From the NCBI RefSeq assembly GCF_000940845.1, contig NZ_CP010341.1, positions 60,001-92,000 on the forward strand: a stretch of 32,000 nt of DNA, written 5' to 3'. The notes beneath the pieces were generated by a model, which saw only the letters and a program-made list of their open reading frames with translations, made no database searches and was not told the origin of the DNA. Below, one piece after another: positions 1-8,506 of this stretch. Within the stretch, counting starts at the first letter, position 1. Every line of letters starts with the position of its first letter. The stretch comes from Propionibacterium freudenreichii subsp. freudenreichii. GTDB lineage: Bacteria; Actinomycetota; Actinomycetes; Propionibacteriales; Propionibacteriaceae. Made by a program: the position numbers and the translations under genes.

Positions 1-735
1 GTGATCGCGGTGACGATGGCCGTGCTGGCGGCCCTGCTGGTGGTGTTGGCCCTGGTGAGCCGCTTCAGCGGCACCGCCGCCGAGCGGGCCGGCCGCCGCC
101 CCGGCGTGGCCCGGATGCTGTGGGCGATGGTGCCGATCGTGCTCACCGTGGTGGTGTTGTGGACCTATTCGCTGCTGGCCACCGACGTGCTGCTGGCGCG
201 CTATTTCACGGCCGCCGCGCCGTTCTATGCCGTGGTGTTGGCCGAGGCGACCATGGCATTGCGCTGGAGGTGGGCGCGCGTCGTGCCGGTGTTGTTGCTG
301 GTGGGTGCGCTGGCGCTGGCCGGATTCCAGCGCCGCCCCTACGCGAAGGTCACCTGGGAGGACTATTCGCTGCTCGCGACGGTGATGCGCACCGAGGCCC
401 AGCCCGGTGATGGACTGCTCACCGAACGCAATCCGCAGCCCAACGAGAACTACCAGGTGGCGCTTGCCTGCGATCCGGACGCCTTCACCCACGTGATCAA
501 CCTCGCCCAGCCCAACAAGCCGCCGCTGGACGGACCCTTCCGCAGGGATCCGCCGCGCATCCGGCTGGTCACCTATCCCCAGCTGCCGCAGCGCATCTGG
601 CTGGCGGTGCCGTTCGGTCAGTGGAGCGAATACGGCCAGCAGCTGGAGCACCTGGGCTACCAGCCGACGCTCACCGAGCGCGGCCCGCAGGGCGATCCGG
701 GTGGCCATGCCATCACGCTGTGGCAACGGCGGTGA
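1..735 (+). CDS. GT-C (GT39/PMT_2-like) polytopic membrane glycosyltransferase, C-terminal part; 5' end lies outside the window
   Basis: The frame is open from base 1 to the TGA at 733-735. Hydrophobic helices are followed by a soluble tail. By eye it aligns along its length with the C-terminal half of the gene at 11941-13472 (YFTAAAPFYAVVLAEA vs YLTPVAPFFAMALAEL; INLAQPNKPPLD vs IDLAQPTKPPLD; both end GH(A/T)ITLW), so the two are paralogues. Confidence 0.6.
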   Translation: MIAVTMAVLAALLVVLALVSRFSGTAAERAGRRPGVARMLWAMVPIVLTVVVLWTYSLLATDVLLARYFTAAAPFYAVVLAEATMALRWRWARVVPVLLLVGALALAGFQRRPYAKVTWEDYSLLATVMRTEAQPGDGLLTERNPQPNENYQVALACDPDAFTHVINLAQPNKPPLDGPFRRDPPRIRLVTYPQLPQRIWLAVPFGQWSEYGQQLEHLGYQPTLTERGPQGDPGGHAITLWQRR

Positions 736-772
736 TGCGCGTCGGCCCAGCGGTCCCGGTTGTCGCGGGCGG

Positions 773-2340
773 TCAGCAGTCGGCCGAGCGCTGCACCCAC
801 AGGGTGGAGCTGCCCGCCACTGCGAAGCTTGGGTAGTGCACCGTCTCCACCATCGCCATGTCGGGCAGTGGAGATTGCGAGACCGTGTAGCAGGCCCGCG
901 TGTCAGCAAAGGACGAGGTGTAGCCGTGGGCGCCCACCACACCCGAGCCGGTGACCATCGGCCGTGACGAGTGCCAGCCCAACCACTCGAAGCCGGCGTC
1001 GATGTCGGTGGCGGACACACCGCGGGCCACGAGTCGTTCGGCTGCCCGCCACTGGGCCCCGTCGCGGGCCAGTGTGCTGGCGGTCACCGACCAGCTCAGC
1101 GCCGCGACGACCACCAATCCCACGGCGCCGGCCCACCGGGAGGTCGTCGGCACGCTGGCCCTTGAAGGGCTCGAAGACCGCGGAGGGACGGCCCGGGGAG
1201 TGGCCGAGGCTCCCGGCGAGGCGGCGGACGTCGCAGCCGGCCGTGCCGCCAGCGATCCCAACAGCGGCCCGCACAACAGCGGCACCAGTGTGATCAGGTA
1301 GCGGTCGTAGATCTCCTGGCCGATCAGCGCCTGCCCGAGCGTGCCCGCCACCAACAGGCCTGCCGCTGCCGCGGTGAGCGGGTCGACGCGCCGACCTCGT
1401 GGCGCAGCCGTCTGCCCGGGGGCGCGCAGGCGCGCCTGCACCGCCGTGCCGACGAGCAGGCCCGCCGACAGGCAGGTGAGCACCAGCACCGCGTTCCACA
1501 CCGACGCCGCAAAGATCGTCTGACGGCCGTGTTCGGCGCTGGCATAGGCGCCGCCGGCAGGTACAGGGCCAGGGTCAGCAGGCCCATCGGCAGCCCTGCC
1601 AGCACGGTGCGCAGTGCCCGGGACGCCGTCCGCCGGATGGCACACCAGATGAGGAAGGCAACGAAGGCGAACACCACCATCACCGTGCCCTGCACATAGG
1701 CCACGGTGATGGTCAGGTAGCCGGCCGCGAAGGCGGGCCAATATGACTTCTTCTGCACGATGAAGCGCCACAGGCCCCACAACACCCACGGGAAATAGGC
1801 CCAGACCTCCAGGTTCGTCACCCACGACGTGGCATCCAGGAACAGCGTGAAACCGCCAAGCGGTGCCGCCACCCCTGCCATCACGGACAAGCAGCGCCGA
1901 GCACCGAATTGCCGGGCCAGGGCATAGACGCCCGCGCCGCCGACCATCATGAAGAACAGCTTGACGCCGGTGGCCATCACGGCCGCATTCGACACCAGCT
2001 GGGTGATCAGGCCGATCACGATCACCACCGGGTTGAGCAGCCCGAACTGTTCCACGGTGTAGTTGCCCGCCATCCACGCGCTCGGGTTGAGCAGTGGCCA
2101 ATGCCCGTGCGAGATCTGACGGCCGAGCTCGAACCATTGCCCGTAGGCGCCACCGGCCGAGTCGTCGTACCAGTAGAAGTGGCTGTTGGTCAGCAGCGGG
2201 GTGAGTCCGATGAGTGCCACCAGCGCGGCCACCAGTCCGATCGCCACGAGCTCGCGACGCAGGGAGCCCGTCGTCGAGCGGGGCCGGGGTGAGTGGTGGG
2301 CGTCGTCGGCCAGCTCGACCTCATGGCCCGGCTGGCTCAT
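773..2340 (-). pseudogene. Polytopic membrane protein (probable GT-C-type glycan transferase/polymerase), about 520 aa if joined; reading frame broken near 1550-1560
   Basis: Two overlapping minus-strand ORFs (1324-2340 and 773-2137) each look like real membrane protein on only one side of about 1550-1560. The upstream frame reads ...AGLPMGLLTLALYLP and then becomes R/C/A-rich junk. The other frame is junk upstream and reads GGAYASAEHGRQTIFAASVWNAVLVLT... downstream. The frame offset fits a 1-nt deletion (or 2-nt insertion). ATGA start/stop overlap with the upstream gene at 2337-2340. Confidence 0.6.
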
Positions 2341-4427
2341 CGGCAGGCCTCGATCCGGTAGAGCACCGCGTGGCCGTTGTTGGCCACCGGCACGAAGCCG
2401 GGCGCCTCATAGAGGCGGGCGAATCCCGGGGCGTACTGGGCATAGTTCGACCTGTTCACCTCATACCACCCGAAGTCGAGCGCATAATGCACATTGAGGT
2501 CGCTCAATGCGTGACAGACTTCCGGGTTGAATTCCGCGAAGCGGAGATTCTGATTGATGGTGTAGACATCGCGACTCGGCGTGTAGAGAATATGGGTGGT
2601 GGTGGTCTTCACATTCTCCAGTGCATATGCCATGGAGCTCCCGTTGTACGGCACGGTGGCCACCGTCTCGTCGGCCGGCACCAGCTCGGGCAGGCGCTTG
2701 AGCAGCGCATATTCGTCGGTGTCCACCACGTTGCCGTTCCAGGTGATGCGGTAGCTGTCCGCGGCGTCGCGCAGGGTGGTGCGCAGCGTCGGCGCCAGCA
2801 GGGTGGCGGGCACGAGCACCACGGCCAGCAGCAGCGTCACCGTCGCCACGATCGGGGTGGTCGGGGCGGTGAGCTGGCGGCGGGCGGTGAGCCAGCCGAC
2901 GAGCCACCGCGCCATCGCTGAGCAGCCGATGACGGCCAGCGGTAGCGCGGTGAGGGGCAGGGCTGCGGCCAGGCGACTGGGATCGTTGTACCAGATGCCC
3001 ACCAGGGCGTTGCGGAGCCACCCGCTGGGGAAGCATGACACCGCCATCCACAGGAAGATCAGCAACCCATGGGCTGCGAGCAGCCAGATCTGCCGGCGGG
3101 TGACGATCACCACCACGGCGCCGACCACCACCAGCACCGAGATGGGCAGCACGGTGATCGTTGCGGTGCTGGGCGTCATGGTCAGGGCCTGCCATAGTGC
3201 GCGGCGGGGTCCGATGATGGCGTTCCAGACGGCCGCATCCTCGGGTGGGCGGATCTTTGCCCAGATGGCGATGATCACCAGCGCCGCGAGTGCCGTCAGG
3301 CCGATGGCCCCGCGACGTTGCCAACGCGGCTGGTCGGAATCGCGGGCACGCAGAATGCGGGTGAGCCAAGTGGCCAGCATCGGGATGAGCACCACGCAGA
3401 ACAGCGCGATCGTATTGGGGTGGGCGATCGCCATGCCGAACATCGCCAGCAGTCCCACGGGAAGCGCGGAGCGCAGCGGCGTGCGATGCTCACCGAGCCC
3501 GAGGGCCTGGTAGGCCAGGGCGATGGTTGCCGGGATCAGGGCGATGCCGAACATGTTCGGGTAGAGCACGCCCCACGACGCGGGCAGGTAGGGGAACGCC
3601 GGGAAGGCGCCCACCATCAGGCCGGCGGCAACGAGTGCCGGCGCATTGACGCGTCCCAGCACGTGCAGCAGGTAGAAGCAGCCGAGGACCCAGACGACGG
3701 CGGGCACGGCCACCACCATGGCGTTGTTGGCGGCCACCACGTCGGTGGAGTGCACCATCTTGAGTGCGAGGGTGGCCACGTCGTGCCAGGCCAGCGGATA
3801 GAACGCCGCGGGATTGTCGCCCGTGGTCATCGTGATGGCCAGCGACGAGCCATTCGAGTTGTCCAGGATCCAGCGGATCGCGCTGAGGTGGAACACATTG
3901 TCGAACGACTGCGAGAAGTTGTCGGGGCGGCCCAGGATGGTGATGATGTGCCAGCAGGTGAGCACCATGCCCAGTGCGCCGGCGCCGAGCCACCACCCGG
4001 TGGCCAGGGGTCGGGGGGCACCCCGCGTGGCGGACCCGGTCACCTCGGGGGAGCCGGGCGACGCCGCAGAACTAGGCGACGCGGATGCGGATGCGGCGGA
4101 CGCCGCGACGCGCCGCGGGCCCGGTGCGCCGTCGGCGTGCGGGGCATGGCCCGTGCGTGCGTCCACGAGGCGATGTGCCAGCCAACGCACCGCCAGGCAG
4201 CCGAGCGCACACACCACCGTCAGCAGTGCCGGCGGCAGCAGGTTCCAGCCCAGGCCCACCTTGTTGGCGACGATGGCCGACGCGGCGATGATGGCGGTGG
4301 ACACGCCCGGCGCGAGCGCCAGGGAGACCTTCCACGACAGTTTCGCGCAACGGTTCACGATGCCGCCGGGCAGCACCAGCAGCACCACTGAGGCTGCGAC
4401 GAGTGCACAGAAGCCGAGCCAGCTCAT
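2337..4427 (-). CDS. Large (696 aa) polytopic membrane protein, probable extracytoplasmic glycosyltransferase (reminiscent of DUF6541-type proteins)
   Basis: Uninterrupted 696-aa ORF with a strong RBS (AGGAGG 5 nt before the ATG at 4427). It has more than 12 hydrophobic segments, an Ala/Ser-rich cytoplasmic loop and a soluble C-terminal domain (YNGSSMAYALENV...HYALDFGWYEVN). It sits in an operon between rmlA and the frameshifted membrane protein. The family name is from memory only. Confidence 0.75.
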   Translation of the reverse strand: MSWLGFCALVAASVVLLVLPGGIVNRCAKLSWKVSLALAPGVSTAIIAASAIVANKVGLGWNLLPPALLTVVCALGCLAVRWLAHRLVDARTGHAPHADGAPGPRRVAASAASASASPSSAASPGSPEVTGSATRGAPRPLATGWWLGAGALGMVLTCWHIITILGRPDNFSQSFDNVFHLSAIRWILDNSNGSSLAITMTTGDNPAAFYPLAWHDVATLALKMVHSTDVVAANNAMVVAVPAVVWVLGCFYLLHVLGRVNAPALVAAGLMVGAFPAFPYLPASWGVLYPNMFGIALIPATIALAYQALGLGEHRTPLRSALPVGLLAMFGMAIAHPNTIALFCVVLIPMLATWLTRILRARDSDQPRWQRRGAIGLTALAALVIIAIWAKIRPPEDAAVWNAIIGPRRALWQALTMTPSTATITVLPISVLVVVGAVVVIVTRRQIWLLAAHGLLIFLWMAVSCFPSGWLRNALVGIWYNDPSRLAAALPLTALPLAVIGCSAMARWLVGWLTARRQLTAPTTPIVATVTLLLAVVLVPATLLAPTLRTTLRDAADSYRITWNGNVVDTDEYALLKRLPELVPADETVATVPYNGSSMAYALENVKTTTTHILYTPSRDVYTINQNLRFAEFNPEVCHALSDLNVHYALDFGWYEVNRSNYAQYAPGFARLYEAPGFVPVANNGHAVLYRIEACR

Positions 4428-4482
4428 GGATGCCTCCTGGATGCCGGACGCTGGTGCGTTGCCATGGCCACCTGCGGCCCGT

Positions 4483-5352
4483 TCAATGGCCGATTGCCAC
4501 GAGCTGGGCCAGGTAATCGCCGTAGCCCGACTTCGCGAGCAGCCGGGCGCGCTCCAGCAGGTCGTCGTCGGACAGCCAACCCTGGCGCCAGGCGATCTCC
4601 TCGGGGCATCCCACCTGCAGTCCCTGGCGGGCCTGGATGGTGCGCACGAAGTCGGACGCGTCGTTCAGCGAGTCGAAGGTGCCGGTGTCGAGCCAGGCGG
4701 TGCCACGCGGCAACACCTCGACGTGCAGGCGGTTGGCCGCCATGTAGATGCGGTTGATGTCGGTGATCTCGAGCTCGCCGCGGGGGCTGGGGGCCAGGTT
4801 GCGGGCGAAGCCGACCACGTCATTGTCATAGAAGTAGAGGCCCGGCACGGCCAGGTGCGAACGCGGCTCGGCGGGCTTCTCCTCGATCGAGACGGCCATG
4901 CCCAGGGCGTTCACCTCCACCACGCCGTAGGCCTGCGGATCGGCCACCCAGTAGCCGAAGATCGCCGCGCCCTCGACGTCGGTGTTGCGGGCCAGGCGCG
5001 TGCCCAGCCCGGGGCCGTAGAAGATGTTGTCGCCCAACACCAGGGCCACCTTGTCGCCACCGATGAAGTCGGCGCCGATGGTGAATGCCTGCGCCAGGCC
5101 CTTGGGGGCGTCCTGCACCGCGTAGGTGAGGTTGATGCCGAAGCCCGAGCCGTCACCGAGCAGTCGGTGGAAGGAATCGGCGTCCTCGGGGGTGGTGATC
5201 ACCAGCACGTCGCGGATGCCAGCGAACATCAGCGTCGACAGCGGGTAGTACACCATCGGCTTGTCATACACCGGCACCAATTGCTTGCTGGTGCCCATGG
5301 TGATCGGGTGCAATCGGCTTCCCGTGCCGCCCGCCAGAATGATGCCCTTCAT
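4483..5352 (-). CDS. rmlA: Glucose-1-phosphate thymidylyltransferase
   Basis: 289 aa. The N-terminus [18 protein letters not shown] is the G-x-G-T-R-L nucleotidyltransferase loop. Full-length resemblance to RmlA/RfbA ([27 protein letters not shown]). GGAG lies 6 nt upstream of the ATG. Confidence 0.95.
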   Translation of the reverse strand: MKGIILAGGTGSRLHPITMGTSKQLVPVYDKPMVYYPLSTLMFAGIRDVLVITTPEDADSFHRLLGDGSGFGINLTYAVQDAPKGLAQAFTIGADFIGGDKVALVLGDNIFYGPGLGTRLARNTDVEGAAIFGYWVADPQAYGVVEVNALGMAVSIEEKPAEPRSHLAVPGLYFYDNDVVGFARNLAPSPRGELEITDINRIYMAANRLHVEVLPRGTAWLDTGTFDSLNDASDFVRTIQARQGLQVGCPEEIAWRQGWLSDDDLLERARLLAKSGYGDYLAQLVAIGH

Positions 5353-5446
5353 GACTGCTCCCAGATTCGGCTGCTGCTAGTGGCGACGCCCCGGTCGCAC
5401 CCACGCGCACGTTCCTGTGCGCCGCAGGCTGATCAGGCGTCGGGGT

Positions 5447-5483
5447 CAATCTATCGGGCCGGCGGGCCAGCCTCGATAGACTG
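5447..5483. promoter_or_regulatory. AT-richer inverted repeat in the divergent rmlA / GT2 control region (candidate operator)
   Basis: CAATCTATCG (5447-5456) and CGATAGACTG (5474-5483) are reverse complements at 9 of 10 positions, separated by a 17-nt GC-rich spacer. The repeat lies in the 163-bp gap between the rmlA start (5352) and the GT2 start (5516). Confidence 0.35.
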
Positions 5484-5515
5484 GGGCGACGATGTCGCGC
5501 GACCGGAGGGTGGGG

Positions 5516-6262
5516 ATGACCAGAACGCTGATCATCATGCCTGCCTGGAACGAGGACGAGGTCATCGGCGACACGATCAGGGAGCTGCGCTCGGTGCTGC
5601 CCGACATCGACCTGCTCGTGGTCAACGACGGCTCCACCGATGCCACCGTGAGCGTGGCCGAGGCGGCGGGCGCGCTGGTGCTCAACCTGCCCTACAACAT
5701 GGGTGTGGGCGGCGCGATGCGGGCCGGCTACAAGTACGCGCGCCGCTTCGACTACGACCAGGCCATCCAGGTGGACTCCGACGGCCAGCATGATCCGCGC
5801 GATGTACGCACGGTGTTGGCGGGCCTCAAGCAGGCCAACATCAGCATCGGGGCGCGTTTCGCCGGCCGTGGCGAATACACGGTGCGCGGTCCGCGGGCCT
5901 GGGCGATGCGCTTCCTGGCCGGCATCGTGTCGCGGCTGGCGCACTACAAGCTCACCGACATCACCAGTGGCTTCCGTGCCGCCGATCGGCTCGCGATCGA
6001 GCAGTACTGCCGTCACTTCCCGGTGGAATACCTGGGCGACACCATCGACTCGCTGGTGGTGGCGATCCGCTCGGGGCTCACCGTGTGCCAGGTGCCGGTG
6101 GAGATGCGTCCGCGCCAGGCCGGCACGCCATCGCACAATCCGCTCAAGGCGGCCCTGTACCTGAGCCGGGCGGTGGTGTCGCTGTTCATCGCGATGACGC
6201 GTCGCCCGGTGAAGCACGACCCGTCGCTGCGTGCCGCACACGGCGAGGAGGCCGCACTGTGA
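5516..6262 (+). CDS. GT2 polyprenol-phosphate sugar synthase-like glycosyltransferase (GtrB/DPM1/PpgS class)
   Basis: Starts MTRTLIIMPAWNEDEVIG. VVNDGSTD and QVDSDGQHDP motifs are typical of this GT2 subclass. GGAGGG at 5505-5510 favours ATG 5516 over the in-frame ATG 5492. No C-terminal TM helices in the protein itself. Confidence 0.85.
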   Translation: MTRTLIIMPAWNEDEVIGDTIRELRSVLPDIDLLVVNDGSTDATVSVAEAAGALVLNLPYNMGVGGAMRAGYKYARRFDYDQAIQVDSDGQHDPRDVRTVLAGLKQANISIGARFAGRGEYTVRGPRAWAMRFLAGIVSRLAHYKLTDITSGFRAADRLAIEQYCRHFPVEYLGDTIDSLVVAIRSGLTVCQVPVEMRPRQAGTPSHNPLKAALYLSRAVVSLFIAMTRRPVKHDPSLRAAHGEEAAL

Positions 6263-6684
6263 AAAGCACCATCTTCTTCGTGATCCTCACCGTGATCATG
6301 CTGTTCGTCGTGGGCAACCTGTTGCGCAGCCGCCGCATCCGCGAGCGCTATGCGGTGCTGTGGGTGCTCGTGGGGCTGTTCATGCTGGTGCTGGTGGCCT
6401 TCCCCGTGCTGCTCGACCGGTTGGCCCACCTGGTGGGCATCGCCGTGCCGTCGAACCTGCTGTTCATCCTGGTGATCGCCATGCTGCTGGGCATCACCCT
6501 GCAGTTGACCCTCGAGGTGTCGCGCGCCGAGGACCGCAGCCGCGTGCTCGCCGAGAACGTTGCCATCCTCAACCTCGAGATGCGCGAGGCCGGGCTCACC
6601 CACCTGCCGACGCATGGCGCGCCCGGCGACGAGATGAGCGACACCACCGACGATGGGCCCGAGGGTCCCGACGCGTCCCGGTAG
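6259..6684 (+). CDS. Small integral membrane protein, DUF2304-like partner of the preceding GT2
   Basis: The GTG at 6259 overlaps the GT2 stop (GTGA). 141 aa with 3-4 hydrophobic helices (IFFVILTVIMLFVVGNLL, YAVLWVLVGLFMLVLVAF, LLFILVIAMLLGITL) and then an acidic tail. The upstream part of the tracked ORF (6085-6258) is antisense-like junk. Confidence 0.8.
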   Translation: MKSTIFFVILTVIMLFVVGNLLRSRRIRERYAVLWVLVGLFMLVLVAFPVLLDRLAHLVGIAVPSNLLFILVIAMLLGITLQLTLEVSRAEDRSRVLAENVAILNLEMREAGLTHLPTHGAPGDEMSDTTDDGPEGPDASR

Positions 6685-6822
6685 CCATGCGGCCCGGTAG
6701 CCACGCGTCGCATCCGGCAAGTGGGCCGGCTCGTCCCCGTCCCCCCGGCGCCGGTCGATAGGCTGGCCACCTGCCCGCCGACCGTATGCGGCAGGGTCTT
6801 CCCGGAGAGGTTGCGACGAGCG

Positions 6823-7704
6823 ATGACTGTTGATGTGCTGTTCCCCTTCTACGGCGACGTGGAGCTGATGAAGCAGGCGGTGCACAGCGTGCTGCGCCAG
6901 AGCCATCGCGACTTCCGGCTGATCGTCATCGACGACGGTTACCCCGACGCGTCGATCCCCGGCTGGTTCGCCGCGCTGGGCGACGACCGCGTGTCGTATG
7001 AGCGCAACGCCACCAACCTCGGAGCGAACGGCAACTACCGCAAGGCACTCACCCGGGTGACCAACGAGCTGGTGGTGGTGATGGGCGCCGACGACGTGAT
7101 GCTGCCCAACTACCTGCAGTGGCTCGTCGACCGTGCCGGGGAGCACCCCGAGGTGCAGATCTTCCAGCCCGGCGTCGTGGTGATCGACGAGCACGGCAGT
7201 GGCGTCAATGGCCTTGTCGACGCCGTGAAGTCCGTCTACCGGCCCCGCGGCAGTGGCGTGCGCGTGCTCACCGGTGAGGCGTTGGCGGTGTCACTGCTGC
7301 GCGGCGACTGGCTGTACTTCCCGTCGGTGGGCTGGCGCGCCGAGACCATCACCTCCATCGGGTTCCGCGAGGGCTACGACGTGGTGCAGGACCTCGCCCT
7401 GGCGCTCGACGTGGCGATGCACGGCGGTTCACTGCTCGTCGACTCGCAGCTGGCCTTCATGTACCGGCGCCACTCGTCGTCGGATTCGTCGGTGCGCGCG
7501 CTGTCGGGCACCCGCTTCGATGAGGAGCGCCGCTTCTTCGAGAACATGGCCGCCGAGATGGCCGAGCGGGGTTGGAACCACGCCGCCCGGGTGGCCAGGC
7601 TGCACCTGTCATCGCGCTTCCACGCCGCCACGCTGCTGCCCGGCGCGCTGCGCCACGGCAACCGTGAGGGCCTGCGCAACCTCGGCCGTCACCTGGTGAA
7701 GTAG
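6823..7704 (+). CDS. GT2 family glycosyltransferase
   Basis: 293 aa from ATG 6823, with GGAGAGG 12 nt upstream. N-terminal GT-A fold signature VDVLFPFYGD...LRQSHRDFRLIVIDDGYPD and the acidic motif MGADDVM. The tracked ORF start at 6721 adds Pro/Arg-rich junk. Confidence 0.8.
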   Translation: MTVDVLFPFYGDVELMKQAVHSVLRQSHRDFRLIVIDDGYPDASIPGWFAALGDDRVSYERNATNLGANGNYRKALTRVTNELVVVMGADDVMLPNYLQWLVDRAGEHPEVQIFQPGVVVIDEHGSGVNGLVDAVKSVYRPRGSGVRVLTGEALAVSLLRGDWLYFPSVGWRAETITSIGFREGYDVVQDLALALDVAMHGGSLLVDSQLAFMYRRHSSSDSSVRALSGTRFDEERRFFENMAAEMAERGWNHAARVARLHLSSRFHAATLLPGALRHGNREGLRNLGRHLVK

Positions 7705-7714
7705 ACCGATACCC

Positions 7715-8506
7715 ATGCCCACGGATTCGTCCGACGCCACCCCACGGGGGATGGTCAGCGTATGCATGGCCACCTACAACGGGGCCGCCTTCGTCACCGA
7801 GCAGATCGCCTCGATCCTGCCGCAACTCGCAGCCGGCGATGAGCTGGTCATCGTCGATGACGCCTCCCGTGACGACACGGTCGAGGTGATCTCGCGCCTT
7901 GACGATCCACGCATCCGGCTGGTGGCACGCGACGAGAACCGGGGCTATGTGCGCACCTTCGAACAGGCTCTCGGCCTGGCGCGCGGCGAATACCTGTTCC
8001 TGTGCGACCAGGACGACGTATGGATCCCCGGGCGCGTCGACATCATGGTGGAGGCGCTTGGCGAGCACCAGGTGATTGCGTCCAACCTGGCGACCCTGGG
8101 GGGCCCTGACCGCATTCCGGGCCCGTTCTGGATCACCGACTGGCGCGTCAGCTCACGCGACTCCGACCACTCGGTGCGCAACCTGGTGCAGTTGCTCGCC
8201 GGGCTGCAGTGCTACTGGGGATGTGCCATGGCCGTGCGTCGTGACGCCCTGGACTACCTGCTCCCCTTCCCGCGCTTCCTGGACGAGACCCATGACCAGT
8301 GGATCGGACTGTGCGGGAACATGGCGCATTCGATGGGCCATGTTGATGCGCGCACGGTGTGGCGGCGCATCCATGACTCGAATCTCACGCCCACGCAGCC
8401 GCGGGGGCTCATCCCTGCCCTGCGTTCGAGGTTGATGCTCCTGCGCTGCCTGGCGGTTGCCTGGCAAAGGGGCCTGCATGTCGGCAATCCACGAAAGCAC
8501 GGGTGA
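7715..8506 (+). CDS. GT2 family glycosyltransferase, rhamnosyltransferase-like
   Basis: 263 aa. Contains VSVCMATYNGAAFVTEQIASIL...LVIVDDASRDDT...FLCDQDDVW. The pattern is paralogous to domain 2 of the next gene. The alternative start at 7751 cannot be excluded. Confidence 0.8.
   Translation: MPTDSSDATPRGMVSVCMATYNGAAFVTEQIASILPQLAAGDELVIVDDASRDDTVEVISRLDDPRIRLVARDENRGYVRTFEQALGLARGEYLFLCDQDDVWIPGRVDIMVEALGEHQVIASNLATLGGPDRIPGPFWITDWRVSSRDSDHSVRNLVQLLAGLQCYWGCAMAVRRDALDYLLPFPRFLDETHDQWIGLCGNMAHSMGHVDARTVWRRIHDSNLTPTQPRGLIPALRSRLMLLRCLAVAWQRGLHVGNPRKHG

Noticed and set aside
5492-5515. Longer start (ATG 5492) for the PpgS-like GT2, and longer starts for 6721, 23698, 24348, 15297, 30739 and 31376 in the ORF track
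   Set aside because: In each case the extension is compositionally junk or overlaps the neighbouring gene, and an internal ATG or GTG with a better-placed Shine-Dalgarno sequence begins the recognisable domain.
3814-5793. 659-aa plus-strand ORF, along with similar long ORFs: 25948-28215 (+, 755 aa), 21618-23840 (-, 740 aa), 13837-15288 (+, 483 aa), 6013-7194 (-, 393 aa), 20530-21690 (-, 386 aa) and 9025-10143 (-, 372 aa)
   Set aside because: All are antisense or out of frame relative to genes with clear family signatures (rmlA, the tri-domain protein, glfT2, rmlCD, GT2s, glf). Their translations are R/G/A/H/P-rich with no hydrophobic cores or motifs. These are the usual shadow ORFs of GC-rich DNA.
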